The notes: generated by a model from the sequence alone, not told the origin. 44,108 nt of DNA from Candidatus Saccharibacteria bacterium UBA6575 (GCA_002434005.1 DJJF01000015.1:1004-45111); one strand, 5' to 3'; shown: positions 35,042-43,866, numbered from the stretch's first letter. Made by a program: numbers and translations.

Positions 35042-36682
35042 ATGATAAATCTCGAAATCCCCCTAAAAAATCGTTCACGTAGCTATCGGTTCTTTGAAAT
35101 GGTCCCGGGGCTCGTAAGCTGGGGTTCGATCATTCTGCTGATAGTACTGAGTTTACTGAATCCAATCTTGGCGAGTATCTATGTTTTGGCGTTCATCGCT
35201 ACGCTGCTTGTAAAGGCATCCGGCATTGCATACCACACGCTTATTGGGTCGATGCGCATTGAAAAAGCGCAAAAAATCGATTGGCATGGGCGACTTATGG
35301 ATTTAAAAGATCCTGAGGCGGCGTATTCTCGCGTGAATTCCAGCCGAACGCGCGAACTGGGTGAAAAAGCACACGCTGAGAACCTGCGCCTTATGGCGGC
35401 AGCACCGAATACGTATCCAAAGCCGAACGATATTTACCACGCGGTCATTATTCCTACCTACAATGAGCCGTATGAAGTTACTCAGCCAACTATAGAAGCG
35501 ATCATAAACGGAACGTTCGACCCAAAGCAGATCATATTGGTGATCGCATACGAAGAGCGGGGTGGCAACGCGGTTGAAGGTACCGTTAAGCAGCTACGCG
35601 ATGAGTACGCGCATCGCTTTAAGGCGCTCGAAATCATTAAGCACCCTAAAGACCTGCCAGATGAAGTAGTTGGTAAAGGGGGTAACATTACCTACGCCGG
35701 TCAGTTCCTCGAAAAATGGCTGACAAAACAAAAGATCGATATCAAAAACGTCATCGTGACGACGCTTGATAGCGATAACCGTCCGCACCCAACCTATTTT
35801 GATTACGTTGCCTATGAATTCATTGTGCACGACGACCGTAAGCACCTAGCATTCCAGCCAGTCTCGCTATTCCTGAATAATATCTGGGATGTACCGGCGC
35901 CAATGCGCGTTGTTGCTACCGGTAACTCATTCTGGAATATTATCTCGAGCATGCGGCCGCACACGTTGCGCAACTTTGCGGCTCACTCCCAGCCTATGGA
36001 AGCGTTAGTAGAAATGGGCTTTTGGAGCAAGCGTACGATTGTGGAGGATGGCCATCAATACTGGCGCAGTTGGTTCTACTTTGGCGGACGCTACGAAGTT
36101 ATTCCTATCTATGTACCGATTTACCAAGATGCCGTACTCAGTGACACATATATGAAAACTCTCAAGGCGCAGTTCGTACAGCTTCGCCGTTGGGCATATG
36201 GAGCGAGTGATGTGCCGTATGTAGCAACCAGGGTATTTACTCGTAAGCGCAATGTGCCGTTTTGGGCAGGGTTCACGCGCTTTATGCGACTACTCGACGG
36301 GCATGTAACATTAGCCTGCGTGTCGATCATTGTCACATTCGGCGGTTTCGCACCGCTTTTCATTAATCCAGAAGCGTCACGCTCCGTCGCAGCCAATCAG
36401 TTACCGGAAGTTTTGAGCGTACTACAGCGTGTTGCCATGATTGGACTGTTCATTACCATATTCCTGGCATTTAAGATGCTGCCGCCGCGCCCAGCCCGCT
36501 ATAAGCGTCGTCGTAACTTTGGCATGGTAGCGCAGTGGCTCCTCATGCCATTTATTGCTATAGGATACAATGCCGCCGCCGCATTCTACTCGCAAACCCG
36601 GCTAATGTTTGGCCGCTATCTCGATAAGTTCGATGTCACTGACAAAGCGACAGTCGAAACGATCGACGCTAAAAAAAGCTAA
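35042..36682 (+). CDS. Membrane-bound family 2 glycosyltransferase
   Basis: VIIPTYNEPYEV, TLDSDN (DxD-like), and a QxxRW-like QLRRWAYG. TM segments flank the domain on both sides. Confidence 0.75.
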   Translation: MINLEIPLKNRSRSYRFFEMVPGLVSWGSIILLIVLSLLNPILASIYVLAFIATLLVKASGIAYHTLIGSMRIEKAQKIDWHGRLMDLKDPEAAYSRVNSSRTRELGEKAHAENLRLMAAAPNTYPKPNDIYHAVIIPTYNEPYEVTQPTIEAIINGTFDPKQIILVIAYEERGGNAVEGTVKQLRDEYAHRFKALEIIKHPKDLPDEVVGKGGNITYAGQFLEKWLTKQKIDIKNVIVTTLDSDNRPHPTYFDYVAYEFIVHDDRKHLAFQPVSLFLNNIWDVPAPMRVVATGNSFWNIISSMRPHTLRNFAAHSQPMEALVEMGFWSKRTIVEDGHQYWRSWFYFGGRYEVIPIYVPIYQDAVLSDTYMKTLKAQFVQLRRWAYGASDVPYVATRVFTRKRNVPFWAGFTRFMRLLDGHVTLACVSIIVTFGGFAPLFINPEASRSVAANQLPEVLSVLQRVAMIGLFITIFLAFKMLPPRPARYKRRRNFGMVAQWLLMPFIAIGYNAAAAFYSQTRLMFGRYLDKFDVTDKATVETIDAKKS

Positions 36683-36692
36683 TGTATACGTA

Positions 36693-36721
36693 TTGACCAA
36701 GGACTGTAAAAGGGTTATAAT
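36693..36721 (+). promoter_or_regulatory. Consensus sigma70 promoter (TTGACC-17 nt-TATAAT)
   Basis: TTGACC at 36693-36698 and TATAAT at 36716-36721, directly ahead of the GC-rich structured region. Confidence 0.65.
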
Positions 36722-36728
36722 ACTAATT

Positions 36729-37224
36729 AACCTTGAGGTGGCTCGTGCTGGTCATGGTACCTCGCGCCGGCTTCGTGCCGTCGCATCGGTCATTTTCGAG
36801 GTTTGAGAGGGTGGTAGTCCAACTACTGCCACAGGAATCCGCTCCACCTTGGTGGTTCGGACATCAGGAAACAAAGTGGCTACACGATACGCGAGGCGCG
36901 GAAGATTTAGGTACGGCCACTACCTAAAAAAGATGATCTCATCTTTCGTCCCTCGACCGCGTGCAGACGGCCCATTCTGCACAAGCTCCTCCCATGCCCC
37001 CGGGAGGAAAGTCCTCGGTTCCGCCGCTCTAAGCGCGCGGCCCCCACCGCGAACGACCGCCGCGCGCGCGTCCATCGCCAGCGGCGGAACCGGGGCACTA
37101 AGCACCGATCTCTCCAGGGGATCGGGAAGATGGGACATCAGGGTGTCCCACTATCAGGCCCTGGCGTGGTCGACTAGCTCAGTTCACACTGACACAGTCG
37201 TCTACGCCAGGGCAATTTTTCTTT
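36729..37224 (+). ncRNA. Unclassified GC-rich structured RNA (about 500 nt)
   Basis: Bounded by the consensus promoter and by a terminator (CCCTGGCGT 37157-37165 / ACGCCAGGG 37202-37210, then CAATTTTTCTTTTT). Perfect 13-bp helix CGGTTCCGCCGCT (37016-37028) / AGCGGCGGAACCG (37078-37090) enclosing GCGCGCGGC/GCCGCGCGC. Further hairpins are GTGCAGA..TCTGCAC and GGGACAtcagggTGTCCC. GGGAGGAAAGTCC at 37002-37014. No convincing ORF. Confidence 0.55.
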
Positions 37225-37233
37225 TTAGGTGCT

Positions 37234-37698
37234 TTATCGGATACTTGGCCGGCCACGCCGGTTTCGCGTTATTTCCACAAGGCCATGGCCGGCAGCATAT
37301 TGCAGGGCAGCCAGCTCATCAAATCGCTTTAAAACATGATGTGTTGTGGCTGCTATGTCATCAGCGCTCGGTGTGCGCACTTGACTGATCAGTAACTGTT
37401 CTACTGTTTCGGCAAGTGAAAGGGAGTGTAGTTGCCGAGCTACTGCGTCATGGGAAAAGCTAGCGGCAATACTAAGAGTTAGCTTACTGAGCGAGAATGG
37501 GGCACTCGATTCTGGGCTCTTGCGCGGCCCATAATGAATGGATATCGAGTCATCTAACGCTGGTTTTTCGTACGTCGTAAAAGTTTTACCACAGCTTGGG
37601 TTCAAGCATTGTCTCCGCCGCCAGGTTCCGGCACTTTTTTTATGGGGCCGACTATTAGCAACCTTCGTTTTCGCGTGGAAACAATTAACACAAATCAT
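37234..37698 (-). CDS. nrdR: Transcriptional repressor NrdR
   Basis: Zinc ribbon CVNCFH...RRRQCLNPSCGKTFTTYE followed by an ATP-cone-like C-terminal half. Confidence 0.8.
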   Translation of the reverse strand: MICVNCFHAKTKVANSRPHKKSAGTWRRRQCLNPSCGKTFTTYEKPALDDSISIHYGPRKSPESSAPFSLSKLTLSIAASFSHDAVARQLHSLSLAETVEQLLISQVRTPSADDIAATTHHVLKRFDELAALQYAAGHGLVEITRNRRGRPSIR

Positions 37699-37759
37699 GT
37701 CTATATATTGACATACAGCTATTGAAATAGCTAGTGGAAAACGTAAGTGGAATAGTGGG

Positions 37760-37799
37760 AAAACTAAAAAAGAAGATCGCCGCTAGCTAAGCGGCGATC
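37760..37799 (-). terminator. Intrinsic terminator (minus strand)
   Basis: GATCGCCGCT/AGCGGCGATC 10-bp stem (37775-37799). On the minus strand it is followed by TTCTTTTTTAGTTTT. Confidence 0.65.
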
Positions 37800-37834
37800 G
37801 GATAGATGTCGATGTGACAGGGAAGAAGTATATC

Positions 37835-37960
37835 TTACTTCTTTGAAGCGACGTATTCTTTACGAGCTTCGGCCCAGGTCTTGTTCAGCTCGAACCCTAG
37901 GTTGAACTGGTCAAGTTTTGATGGTTTTTGGTTTTGGGGGGTGAGTTGCTTTGTACTCAT
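37835..37960 (-). CDS. Possible 41-aa small protein (MSTKQLTPQNQKPSKLDQFNLGFELNKTWAEARKEYVASKK)
   Basis: ATG-to-TAA ORF read by hand. It is below the track's size cutoff. A strong terminator follows. The RBS is weak. Confidence 0.25.
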   Translation of the reverse strand: MSTKQLTPQNQKPSKLDQFNLGFELNKTWAEARKEYVASKK

Positions 37961-38093
37961 ATTCTCATATTAGCATAAGCAATAAAAAATGTCAATAGAA
38001 CATAGAGCATACGTATATATCACGAAGGGTATATGAAAAGGGTAAATCAATCGTTTTGGGTAGTGGAAAAGTGGCGGGGAAATGTGGAGTAAT

Positions 38094-38123
38094 AAAATTG
38101 TCGACCTAGTGGTCGACAATTTT
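38094..38123 (-). terminator. Terminator after tRNA-Val
   Basis: AAAATTGTCGACCtagtGGTCGACAATTTT, perfect 13-bp arms. Confidence 0.7.
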
Positions 38124-38126
38124 GCT

Positions 38127-38203
38127 TGGTGGGCGATAGAGGATTCGAACCTCTCACCTCCTCAACGTCAATGAGGCGCTCTAGCCAAATGAGCTAATCA
38201 CCC
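38127..38203 (-). tRNA. tRNA-Val (anticodon GAC)
   Basis: Hand fold: acceptor GGGTGAT/ATCGCCC, D arm GCTC/GAGC, anticodon stem CCTCA/TGAGG with loop TTGACGT, T arm AGAGG-TTCGAAT-CCTCT, encoded CCA. Confidence 0.85.
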
Positions 38204-38245
38204 AAGATGTAAGACTCATACGATTTTAACAAACAGGGGCGGGGG

Positions 38246-38275
38246 TTGCAATAATCAGGGGTAGGAGAATAGAAT
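38246..38275 (+). promoter_or_regulatory. Promoter (TTGCAA-18 nt-TAGAAT) for the thrS-operon leader
   Basis: TTGCAA at 38246-38251 and TAGAAT at 38270-38275. Confidence 0.45.
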
Positions 38276-38281
38276 ATAACT

Positions 38282-38457
38282 TGAATGATGACGCGGCGTA
38301 ACGACCCGCAGAGTTCCGTAGGAGCGATCGCAGACGAACGATATCGAACGCGGTAATAGAAATAGCCAAGGTGGAACCTCCGGAGACGGACCGAGGCACG
38401 TGGATCAGATATTCTGATTATGCACGTGTCTATTTTTATAATCAAAAGGAGAGTTCC
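38282..38457 (+). promoter_or_regulatory. Leader with terminator/antiterminator potential; possible T-box-like riboswitch for the thrS operon
   Basis: TGATGA (K-turn-like) near the 5' end. AAGGTGGAACC at 38368-38378 resembles the T-box core, and its UGGA would pair with UCCA of tRNA-Thr (the discriminator of the tRNA at 34578 is U). Terminator CACGTGGATCAGA..TCTGAT..CACGTG (38397-38428) followed by TCTATTTTTAT sits just before the RBS. I could not draw a clean Stem I. Confidence 0.35.
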
Positions 38458-38808
38458 GTGAAATACCGTACCGTAACTGTAGTCGCAATTCTGGTAGCCG
38501 TTGTTGCCGCGGTTGGGCTAAACTTGATCAGCTATAGGGTGACCGACGGAAGTAGTGGAATAACGGTATTCGATGGGCAAGAGCAGGTTAAACCTGTGCC
38601 CGAATATTGTATTGCGGCCGGCGACAGCATTGGCCAAGGGCTGCGCGGTATGCCATTTACGAATCTTATAGATAAAGACGACTGCAAAGGAAACGATGTA
38701 TCGTACCCGGTCTCATATCTGCTGAACGCGCTGGTGGCGTTCGTGGGAGTAGGAGTTTTAGCGGCGGCGTATATGGCAATTACACGAACAAAGGGGAATC
38801 GAGTATGA
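38458..38808 (+). CDS. Small membrane protein (two TM), first gene of the thrS operon
   Basis: GTG start after AAAAGGAGAG. TM segments at both ends. The stop overlaps the thrS start. The track start at 38371 would read through the leader and terminator. Confidence 0.45.
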   Translation: MKYRTVTVVAILVAVVAAVGLNLISYRVTDGSSGITVFDGQEQVKPVPEYCIAAGDSIGQGLRGMPFTNLIDKDDCKGNDVSYPVSYLLNALVAFVGVGVLAAAYMAITRTKGNRV

Positions 38809-40616
38809 ACGACGAACAAGTATATGCCATGCGCCATAGCTTGGCACATATCACCGCCACTGGGGTAAAGAAACTATGGCCGCACGCCAAATTCGGTGTT
38901 GGCCCAGTGGTTGAAAACGGATTTTATTACGATATCGACTTAGGCGACGTGAAAATATCCGAATCTGATTTTAAGAAGATTGAAAAAGAAATGCGCACCG
39001 TAATCAATCGCGATGAGCTATTCGAACACTCCACTATGCCGATTGATCAGGCGATCGCATGGGCCAACGACAATGACCAGCCATACAAATCGGAGCTACT
39101 CAACGATTTGAAGCGGAGTGGGACTACGGTCGCTAGCGATCTAGACGCCAGTGAAATGGGAACGATCGCCGAAGGAGATGCAGCCTTAGACCATGTTGGA
39201 TTCTACACAAATGGCGACTTTACCGACTTGTGTCGCGGGCCACATGTCGAGAGCACTGGCAAAGTAGGCGCATTCAAATTGATGCGCGTAGCCGGAGCCT
39301 ACTGGCGCGGAAACGAGAAGAATCCACAGATGCAGCGACTCTACGGCGTGGCGTTCGCGACTCAAGAAGAGCTCGATGCTCACCTTGAAATGCTCGAGCA
39401 GGCGAAGGCACGTGATCACCGTAAGCTAGGTAAGGATCTTGATCTCTATACCACCAGCAACCTGGTGGGTGCAGGACTGCCGCTGTTTACTCCACGCGGA
39501 ACAGTACTTCGTGATGTTGTCGCGGGGCTTTCTAACCAGCTCCGCCAGCAAAAGGGATTCACTAAAGTGTGGACTCCACATATCACTAAACAGGATCTAT
39601 ATGAAGCGTCTGGCCACTGGGCAAAGTTTGGTGATGAGCTATTCCTCGTAACCAGCCAGGAAACTAGCGACAAAATGGCACTAAAACCGATGAACTGCCC
39701 ACACCATACGCAAATTTTTGCATCACAACCACGTAGTTACCGAGATATGCCTGTGCGGTATCTCGAAACCACTACGGATTACCGTGATGAGAAGACGGGT
39801 GAACTAGGTGGACTTAATCGCGTGCGTTCGCTCACGCAAGACGACAGCCATGTGTTTGCGCGGCCAGACCAGATCGAGCAAGAAATCGACGGCTTATTGG
39901 CAAGCGCACGTGAACTCTATGAAACGATTGGGATGAAACTCCGTGTACGCCTGAGCTACCGTGATGATTCAGACGCGTATCTTGGCGAGCGAGAACTGTG
40001 GGACTCAGCCCAGGCACAGCTCAAGACCGCTGTTGAAAAGAACCAGCTGGAGGACTTTGAGCAAGATGGCGAAGCCGCGTTCTACGGCCCTAAGATCGAC
40101 TTTATGGCAACCGATGCGATCGGGCGTGAGCACCAAGTGGCAACCGTGCAACTCGATTTTGTGCAGCCTGAACGATTTAAGCTACAATACACCGATCAGG
40201 ACGGAAACTTCCAGACTCCGGTTATGATTCACTGCGCGCTGCTCGGGAGCATTGAGCGTTTCCTAAGCGTGTTTATTGAACATACCGGGGGTTGGTTCCC
40301 CTTATGGGCTGCTCCTGAGCAAATCCGGATTCTAACAATCAACGATACTGTGCTCGACTATGTTGAAGAGATCGAAGCAATGCTTGCGGACACAGTCTTG
40401 ATGCAACCAGTGAAATATAACGAGCTACGTTTTGCACGCGATGATCGTAACGAATCTCTCGGTAAGAAGATTCGTGAAGCCACTGGCATGAAGATTCCCG
40501 TGCAGCTGATTGTTGGGCCAAAGGACAAGGAATCTCGTGAAGTGAGTGTGCGCACCCAAGGTGGAGAAGAGAAGATTGCGCTCAACAACCTTACAGACTA
40601 CTTACGGAGCCTATAA
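38805..40616 (+). CDS. thrS: Threonine--tRNA ligase (no N-terminal TGS domain)
   Basis: It starts at the editing-domain HSLAHITA...LWP..GPVVENGFYYDIDL. Class II motifs follow (FRDE-like YRDEKTGELGGLNRVRSLTQDDSH, GPKIDF), then the anticodon-binding C-terminus. Confidence 0.9.
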   Translation: MNDEQVYAMRHSLAHITATGVKKLWPHAKFGVGPVVENGFYYDIDLGDVKISESDFKKIEKEMRTVINRDELFEHSTMPIDQAIAWANDNDQPYKSELLNDLKRSGTTVASDLDASEMGTIAEGDAALDHVGFYTNGDFTDLCRGPHVESTGKVGAFKLMRVAGAYWRGNEKNPQMQRLYGVAFATQEELDAHLEMLEQAKARDHRKLGKDLDLYTTSNLVGAGLPLFTPRGTVLRDVVAGLSNQLRQQKGFTKVWTPHITKQDLYEASGHWAKFGDELFLVTSQETSDKMALKPMNCPHHTQIFASQPRSYRDMPVRYLETTTDYRDEKTGELGGLNRVRSLTQDDSHVFARPDQIEQEIDGLLASARELYETIGMKLRVRLSYRDDSDAYLGERELWDSAQAQLKTAVEKNQLEDFEQDGEAAFYGPKIDFMATDAIGREHQVATVQLDFVQPERFKLQYTDQDGNFQTPVMIHCALLGSIERFLSVFIEHTGGWFPLWAAPEQIRILTINDTVLDYVEEIEAMLADTVLMQPVKYNELRFARDDRNESLGKKIREATGMKIPVQLIVGPKDKESREVSVRTQGGEEKIALNNLTDYLRSL

Positions 40617-41234
40617 ATGAGAAAACTAATCATCGCGATTGATTGTGATGATGTGTTGATTGACTCTTCAGCTCGAATCGTTGAAAGGTACAACGCCAAG
40701 TACGGCACATCGATCGATGCGAGCCATATGTATAGGGAGGATCTCGACTGGGGCGCTGGCAGCCATGAAGCTGCGATCGAGCGGATGAACACGCTCCTGG
40801 AAGAAGATCGGATTCTGGATAGTCTTATTCCGAGTGAAGAAACAATTAGCGCCGTGCGAGCACTGGCATCCCAACATGAACTCCATCTTGTAACAGGAAG
40901 GCAAACCTATCTGGAACCTTCCACGCGGGCTCTTCTTGATACATATTTCAGCGGCTGCTTCACATCGATCGAACATACAAACTATATTGCCAGTGCAGCA
41001 AGCCTGGAACCTCGCAGATCAAAAGGCGAAGTGTGCGCGCAGCTACGGGCCGATATTCTGATAGATGACCATGTGTCACACGGCAAGAGTGTTCTTAGTC
41101 ATGGAGTGCGTGAAGTGCTCTTGTTCGGTGATTACGCGTGGAATAAAACAGATGATGACATTCCCGGTATTACACGTTGTCACAATTGGCAGGAAGTGCT
41201 GCAGAATGTAGAGACAATAGGTAGTGAAATCTGA
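40617..41234 (+). CDS. HAD-superfamily 5'(3')-deoxyribonucleotidase-like hydrolase
   Basis: IAIDCDDVL (the DxDxV nucleophile motif). Size and layout match NT5C-type enzymes. Confidence 0.5.
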   Translation: MRKLIIAIDCDDVLIDSSARIVERYNAKYGTSIDASHMYREDLDWGAGSHEAAIERMNTLLEEDRILDSLIPSEETISAVRALASQHELHLVTGRQTYLEPSTRALLDTYFSGCFTSIEHTNYIASAASLEPRRSKGEVCAQLRADILIDDHVSHGKSVLSHGVREVLLFGDYAWNKTDDDIPGITRCHNWQEVLQNVETIGSEI

Positions 41235-41541
41235 TACTGCATTTCGTCATCGTATTGAGCAACTCATGGCGCAAGTGCCACACGGGCAAGTTACGACATA
41301 TGGTGATTTAGCTGGGCTTGCTGGGCAAGCGAATGCCAGCCGCATTGTTGGCGGTATAGCACATTACGGAAATCCTGATTTGCCGTGGCACAGATTGGTT
41401 AACCGGTTTGGTGGCTTAGCTGCAGGCTTTCATGGCGGGCGCGAAGCGCAGGCGCAGCTACTCGAACAAGAAGGAATACATTGTACGAATCACATTGTCG
41501 AGGGATTTCAGGAAATTAGATGGCGTCCGATCGACTCATAG
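41224..41541 (+). CDS. Alkyltransferase-like (ATL) protein / MGMT DNA-binding-domain protein lacking the acceptor Cys
   Basis: VPHGQVTTYGDLA and NASRIVGG motifs. It has PWHRLV where MGMT has PCHRV. Confidence 0.65.
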   Translation: MKSDTAFRHRIEQLMAQVPHGQVTTYGDLAGLAGQANASRIVGGIAHYGNPDLPWHRLVNRFGGLAAGFHGGREAQAQLLEQEGIHCTNHIVEGFQEIRWRPIDS

Positions 41542-42386
41542 CTATTGTTGGTCCTACAGCGAGTGGTAAAACGGCTCTCGCAATTCGTATTGCTGAGCAG
41601 CTTAATGGTGAAATTATTTGTGCGGACTCACGCACTATCTACAAAGGTATGGATATCGGCACAGCTAAGCCGACAACTGAAGAACAATCCAAAGTGCCAC
41701 ACTGGGGGTTAGATTTAGCGGAGCCTGGACAGCCATTTACTGCGGCTGATTTTAAAAAGTACGCTGATGCAAAAATTGCAGATATTCAGGCGCGAGGTAA
41801 ACTGCCGCTTTTAGTAGGTGGCACCGGATTATATGTAGACAGTCTGTTGTATGATTTCACGTTTGGCGAAAAAGCTGATAATTCGGTGCGAGATCGACTT
41901 GAGACAATGAGCATAGAAGAACTTACAAAATATTGCATCACTAACAACGTTACATTACCTGAAAATAAGAAAAATAAGCGTTACTTAGTGCGCGCGATCG
42001 AGCGAAAAAGCATGAGCAACATCGGTAAATCTGTACTGAGGACGCAATACCATATTGTAGGAATAGCTACGAATATACACACATTGCGAACACGAATTGT
42101 ACAGCGTACCGAACAATTGTTTGCAAATGGAGTTGAGCAAGAGGCTACTTTGTTGGGCAAAAAATATGGTTGGAATTCCGAAGCAATGACCGGAAATATC
42201 TATCCACTACTAAAAAAACATTTTGATAATGAGTTATCAATCGACGATGTAAAAGAGAAATTCGTAACCGCAGATTACAAATTAGCAAAACGGCAAATGA
42301 CCTGGTTCAGGCGAAATCCCGATATCATGTGGGCAACATTACAAGATGCTGAGAGCTACATAAAAAGCTTGCTCGCGACTGAATAA
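41520..42386 (+). CDS. miaA: tRNA dimethylallyltransferase
   Basis: IAIVGPTASGKTALA P-loop, EIICADSRTIYKGMDIGTAKPT, and LVGGTGLY. Confidence 0.9.
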   Translation: MASDRLIAIVGPTASGKTALAIRIAEQLNGEIICADSRTIYKGMDIGTAKPTTEEQSKVPHWGLDLAEPGQPFTAADFKKYADAKIADIQARGKLPLLVGGTGLYVDSLLYDFTFGEKADNSVRDRLETMSIEELTKYCITNNVTLPENKKNKRYLVRAIERKSMSNIGKSVLRTQYHIVGIATNIHTLRTRIVQRTEQLFANGVEQEATLLGKKYGWNSEAMTGNIYPLLKKHFDNELSIDDVKEKFVTADYKLAKRQMTWFRRNPDIMWATLQDAESYIKSLLATE

Positions 42387-42431
42387 CTTCTGTGCTACTA
42401 TTAACCCTAGAAAGTTATTCGGTAGAAGATA

Positions 42432-43037
42432 ATGATTGACGCACTATTCGGTTCAAAGACTCGCATTAAGCTACTGCACTTGTTCCTGAACAATCCAGGT
42501 AAGTCTTTTTATGTGCGTGAGATTACTCGTTTGATCGATGAGCAGATAAATTCCGTACGCCGTGAGCTCGCCAACATGATGAACGTAGGTATCATCAAAA
42601 GCGATACGGCAGACAATAAGCTGTACTACGAAGTTGATCAGCGATACGAACACTACGTGCCATTACGGGCAATTTTTGGCGACGATAAAGATACGGCGAC
42701 CAGCGCGGTGAAGGCACCTAAGCAATCAACACTTGATTGGCAAGCGCGTTTGGACGAGCTGGGCGGTATCAAGCTTGCTGTCATGGCAGGGGTGTTTGTT
42801 GCTGGGAGCGCGAGCAAGGTAGACTTGCTTCTGGTTGGTAATCCGGCTCCTGCGCGCGTAAAGGCTTTCATTAAGACACTCGAAAAGAAAGAAGGTCGTG
42901 AGCTCAACTATAGCGTGCTCTCGTACGATGAATTCTACTACCGTATCTCGATTCGTGATAAATTTATTACAGAGCTCATGAGCAGCAAGCACGTTGTGCT
43001 GCGTGACGACGAGCAAATACTCGCTAAATCCAAGTAG
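42432..43037 (+). CDS. Winged-helix (ArsR-like) transcriptional regulator with a C-terminal domain
   Basis: SKTRIKLLHLFLNNPGKSFYVREITRLIDEQINSVRRELANMMNVGII. Confidence 0.55.
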   Translation: MIDALFGSKTRIKLLHLFLNNPGKSFYVREITRLIDEQINSVRRELANMMNVGIIKSDTADNKLYYEVDQRYEHYVPLRAIFGDDKDTATSAVKAPKQSTLDWQARLDELGGIKLAVMAGVFVAGSASKVDLLLVGNPAPARVKAFIKTLEKKEGRELNYSVLSYDEFYYRISIRDKFITELMSSKHVVLRDDEQILAKSK

Positions 43038-43044
43038 GAGAACT

Positions 43045-43674
43045 ATGTTCGATATTGAATACAAGGGTGGCAACACCGTTGTCATTGCAACTAAGAAATC
43101 AAAGCTGATTACTGACCCAAAGTTGTCGGTGGTTGGGCTCACAGATATAGAACCAAAAGGTATGGTAGCACTTGCTACTGAACCGCGTTTTGAAGTGCGC
43201 TCCGAAACAGCATTACTCCATATCGAAAGCCCAGGTGAATACGAAGTAAGCGATTTTTCGGTCAAAGGGATTCCAGCGCAGAGACACCTAGACTCTGAGG
43301 GATTTGGATGCACAATTTACCGCGTGGAAGTTGGCGATGTTCGCATGGCTATTATCGGCAATATTGACCCAAAGCTTAGCGATGAGCAGCTTGAAGCAAT
43401 CGGCGTAGTAGATGTAGTTATTATTCCAATTGGCGGTGGTGGTTACACCCTCGATGCTACAGCGGCTGCGCATCTTGTTCGACAAATTGATGCCAAGGTT
43501 ATTATTCCGGTTCACTATGCAGACAGTGGCTTGAAATACGAGGTACCACAAGAAGACTTTGAAGTGTTCCATAAGGAACTCGGTGGGGAAGTTGAGACAG
43601 TAGATAAGCTGAAGGTGAAGGCTGCTAGCTCATTGCCGCATGTGTTGACGCTATATAAGCTGACTCGTAGCTAA
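43045..43674 (+). CDS. MBL-fold metal-dependent hydrolase-like protein
   Basis: The ATG at 43045 follows AGGAG. MFDIEYKGGNTVVI...VVIIPIGGGGYTLD...KVIIPVHY resembles the UPF0173/MBL fold family. Confidence 0.45.
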   Translation: MFDIEYKGGNTVVIATKKSKLITDPKLSVVGLTDIEPKGMVALATEPRFEVRSETALLHIESPGEYEVSDFSVKGIPAQRHLDSEGFGCTIYRVEVGDVRMAIIGNIDPKLSDEQLEAIGVVDVVIIPIGGGGYTLDATAAAHLVRQIDAKVIIPVHYADSGLKYEVPQEDFEVFHKELGGEVETVDKLKVKAASSLPHVLTLYKLTRS

Positions 43675-43866
43675 CCTTTTGTCTCTCTTCTTTTGACTTG
43701 AATCAAAAGAAGCAAAAGCTCAAGTCCTAGTATTTGATTCTTGGGCGAGCATTGTGGATACCTACAATCGCCGAAAGGACTCGTTTCGCTCAAACATCTT
43801 CCGTCGTTTAATTATCGGATTCACGAACATTCTCGCTGAGAACGTTGAATGGTCACTAGATTCATT

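Noticed and set aside
36729-37224. A confident call as RNase P RNA, tmRNA or SRP RNA.
   Set aside because: Only the CR-I-like GGGAGGAAAGTCC is present. There is no matching P4 3' strand, and other RNase P-like motifs are out of order. It has no tmRNA 5' GGGG/T-arm/ACCA and no plausible tag ORF ending in Ala-Ala. It has no SRP GGAA-tetraloop domain IV consensus. I left it unclassified.
36849-37388. The 179-aa ORF, and the 64-aa ORF at 36733, as protein-coding genes.
   Set aside because: The translation is Arg/Ala/Ser/Pro-rich and low in complexity. These ORFs run through perfect RNA helices and a terminator and overlap nrdR on the other strand. They are best explained as GC-driven open frames over an RNA gene.
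38371-38457. An N-terminal extension of the ORF at 38371..38808.
   Set aside because: It would translate through a promoter-proximal leader and an intrinsic terminator. A GTG with a strong AAAAGGAGAG RBS lies at 38458, immediately before the first TM segment.
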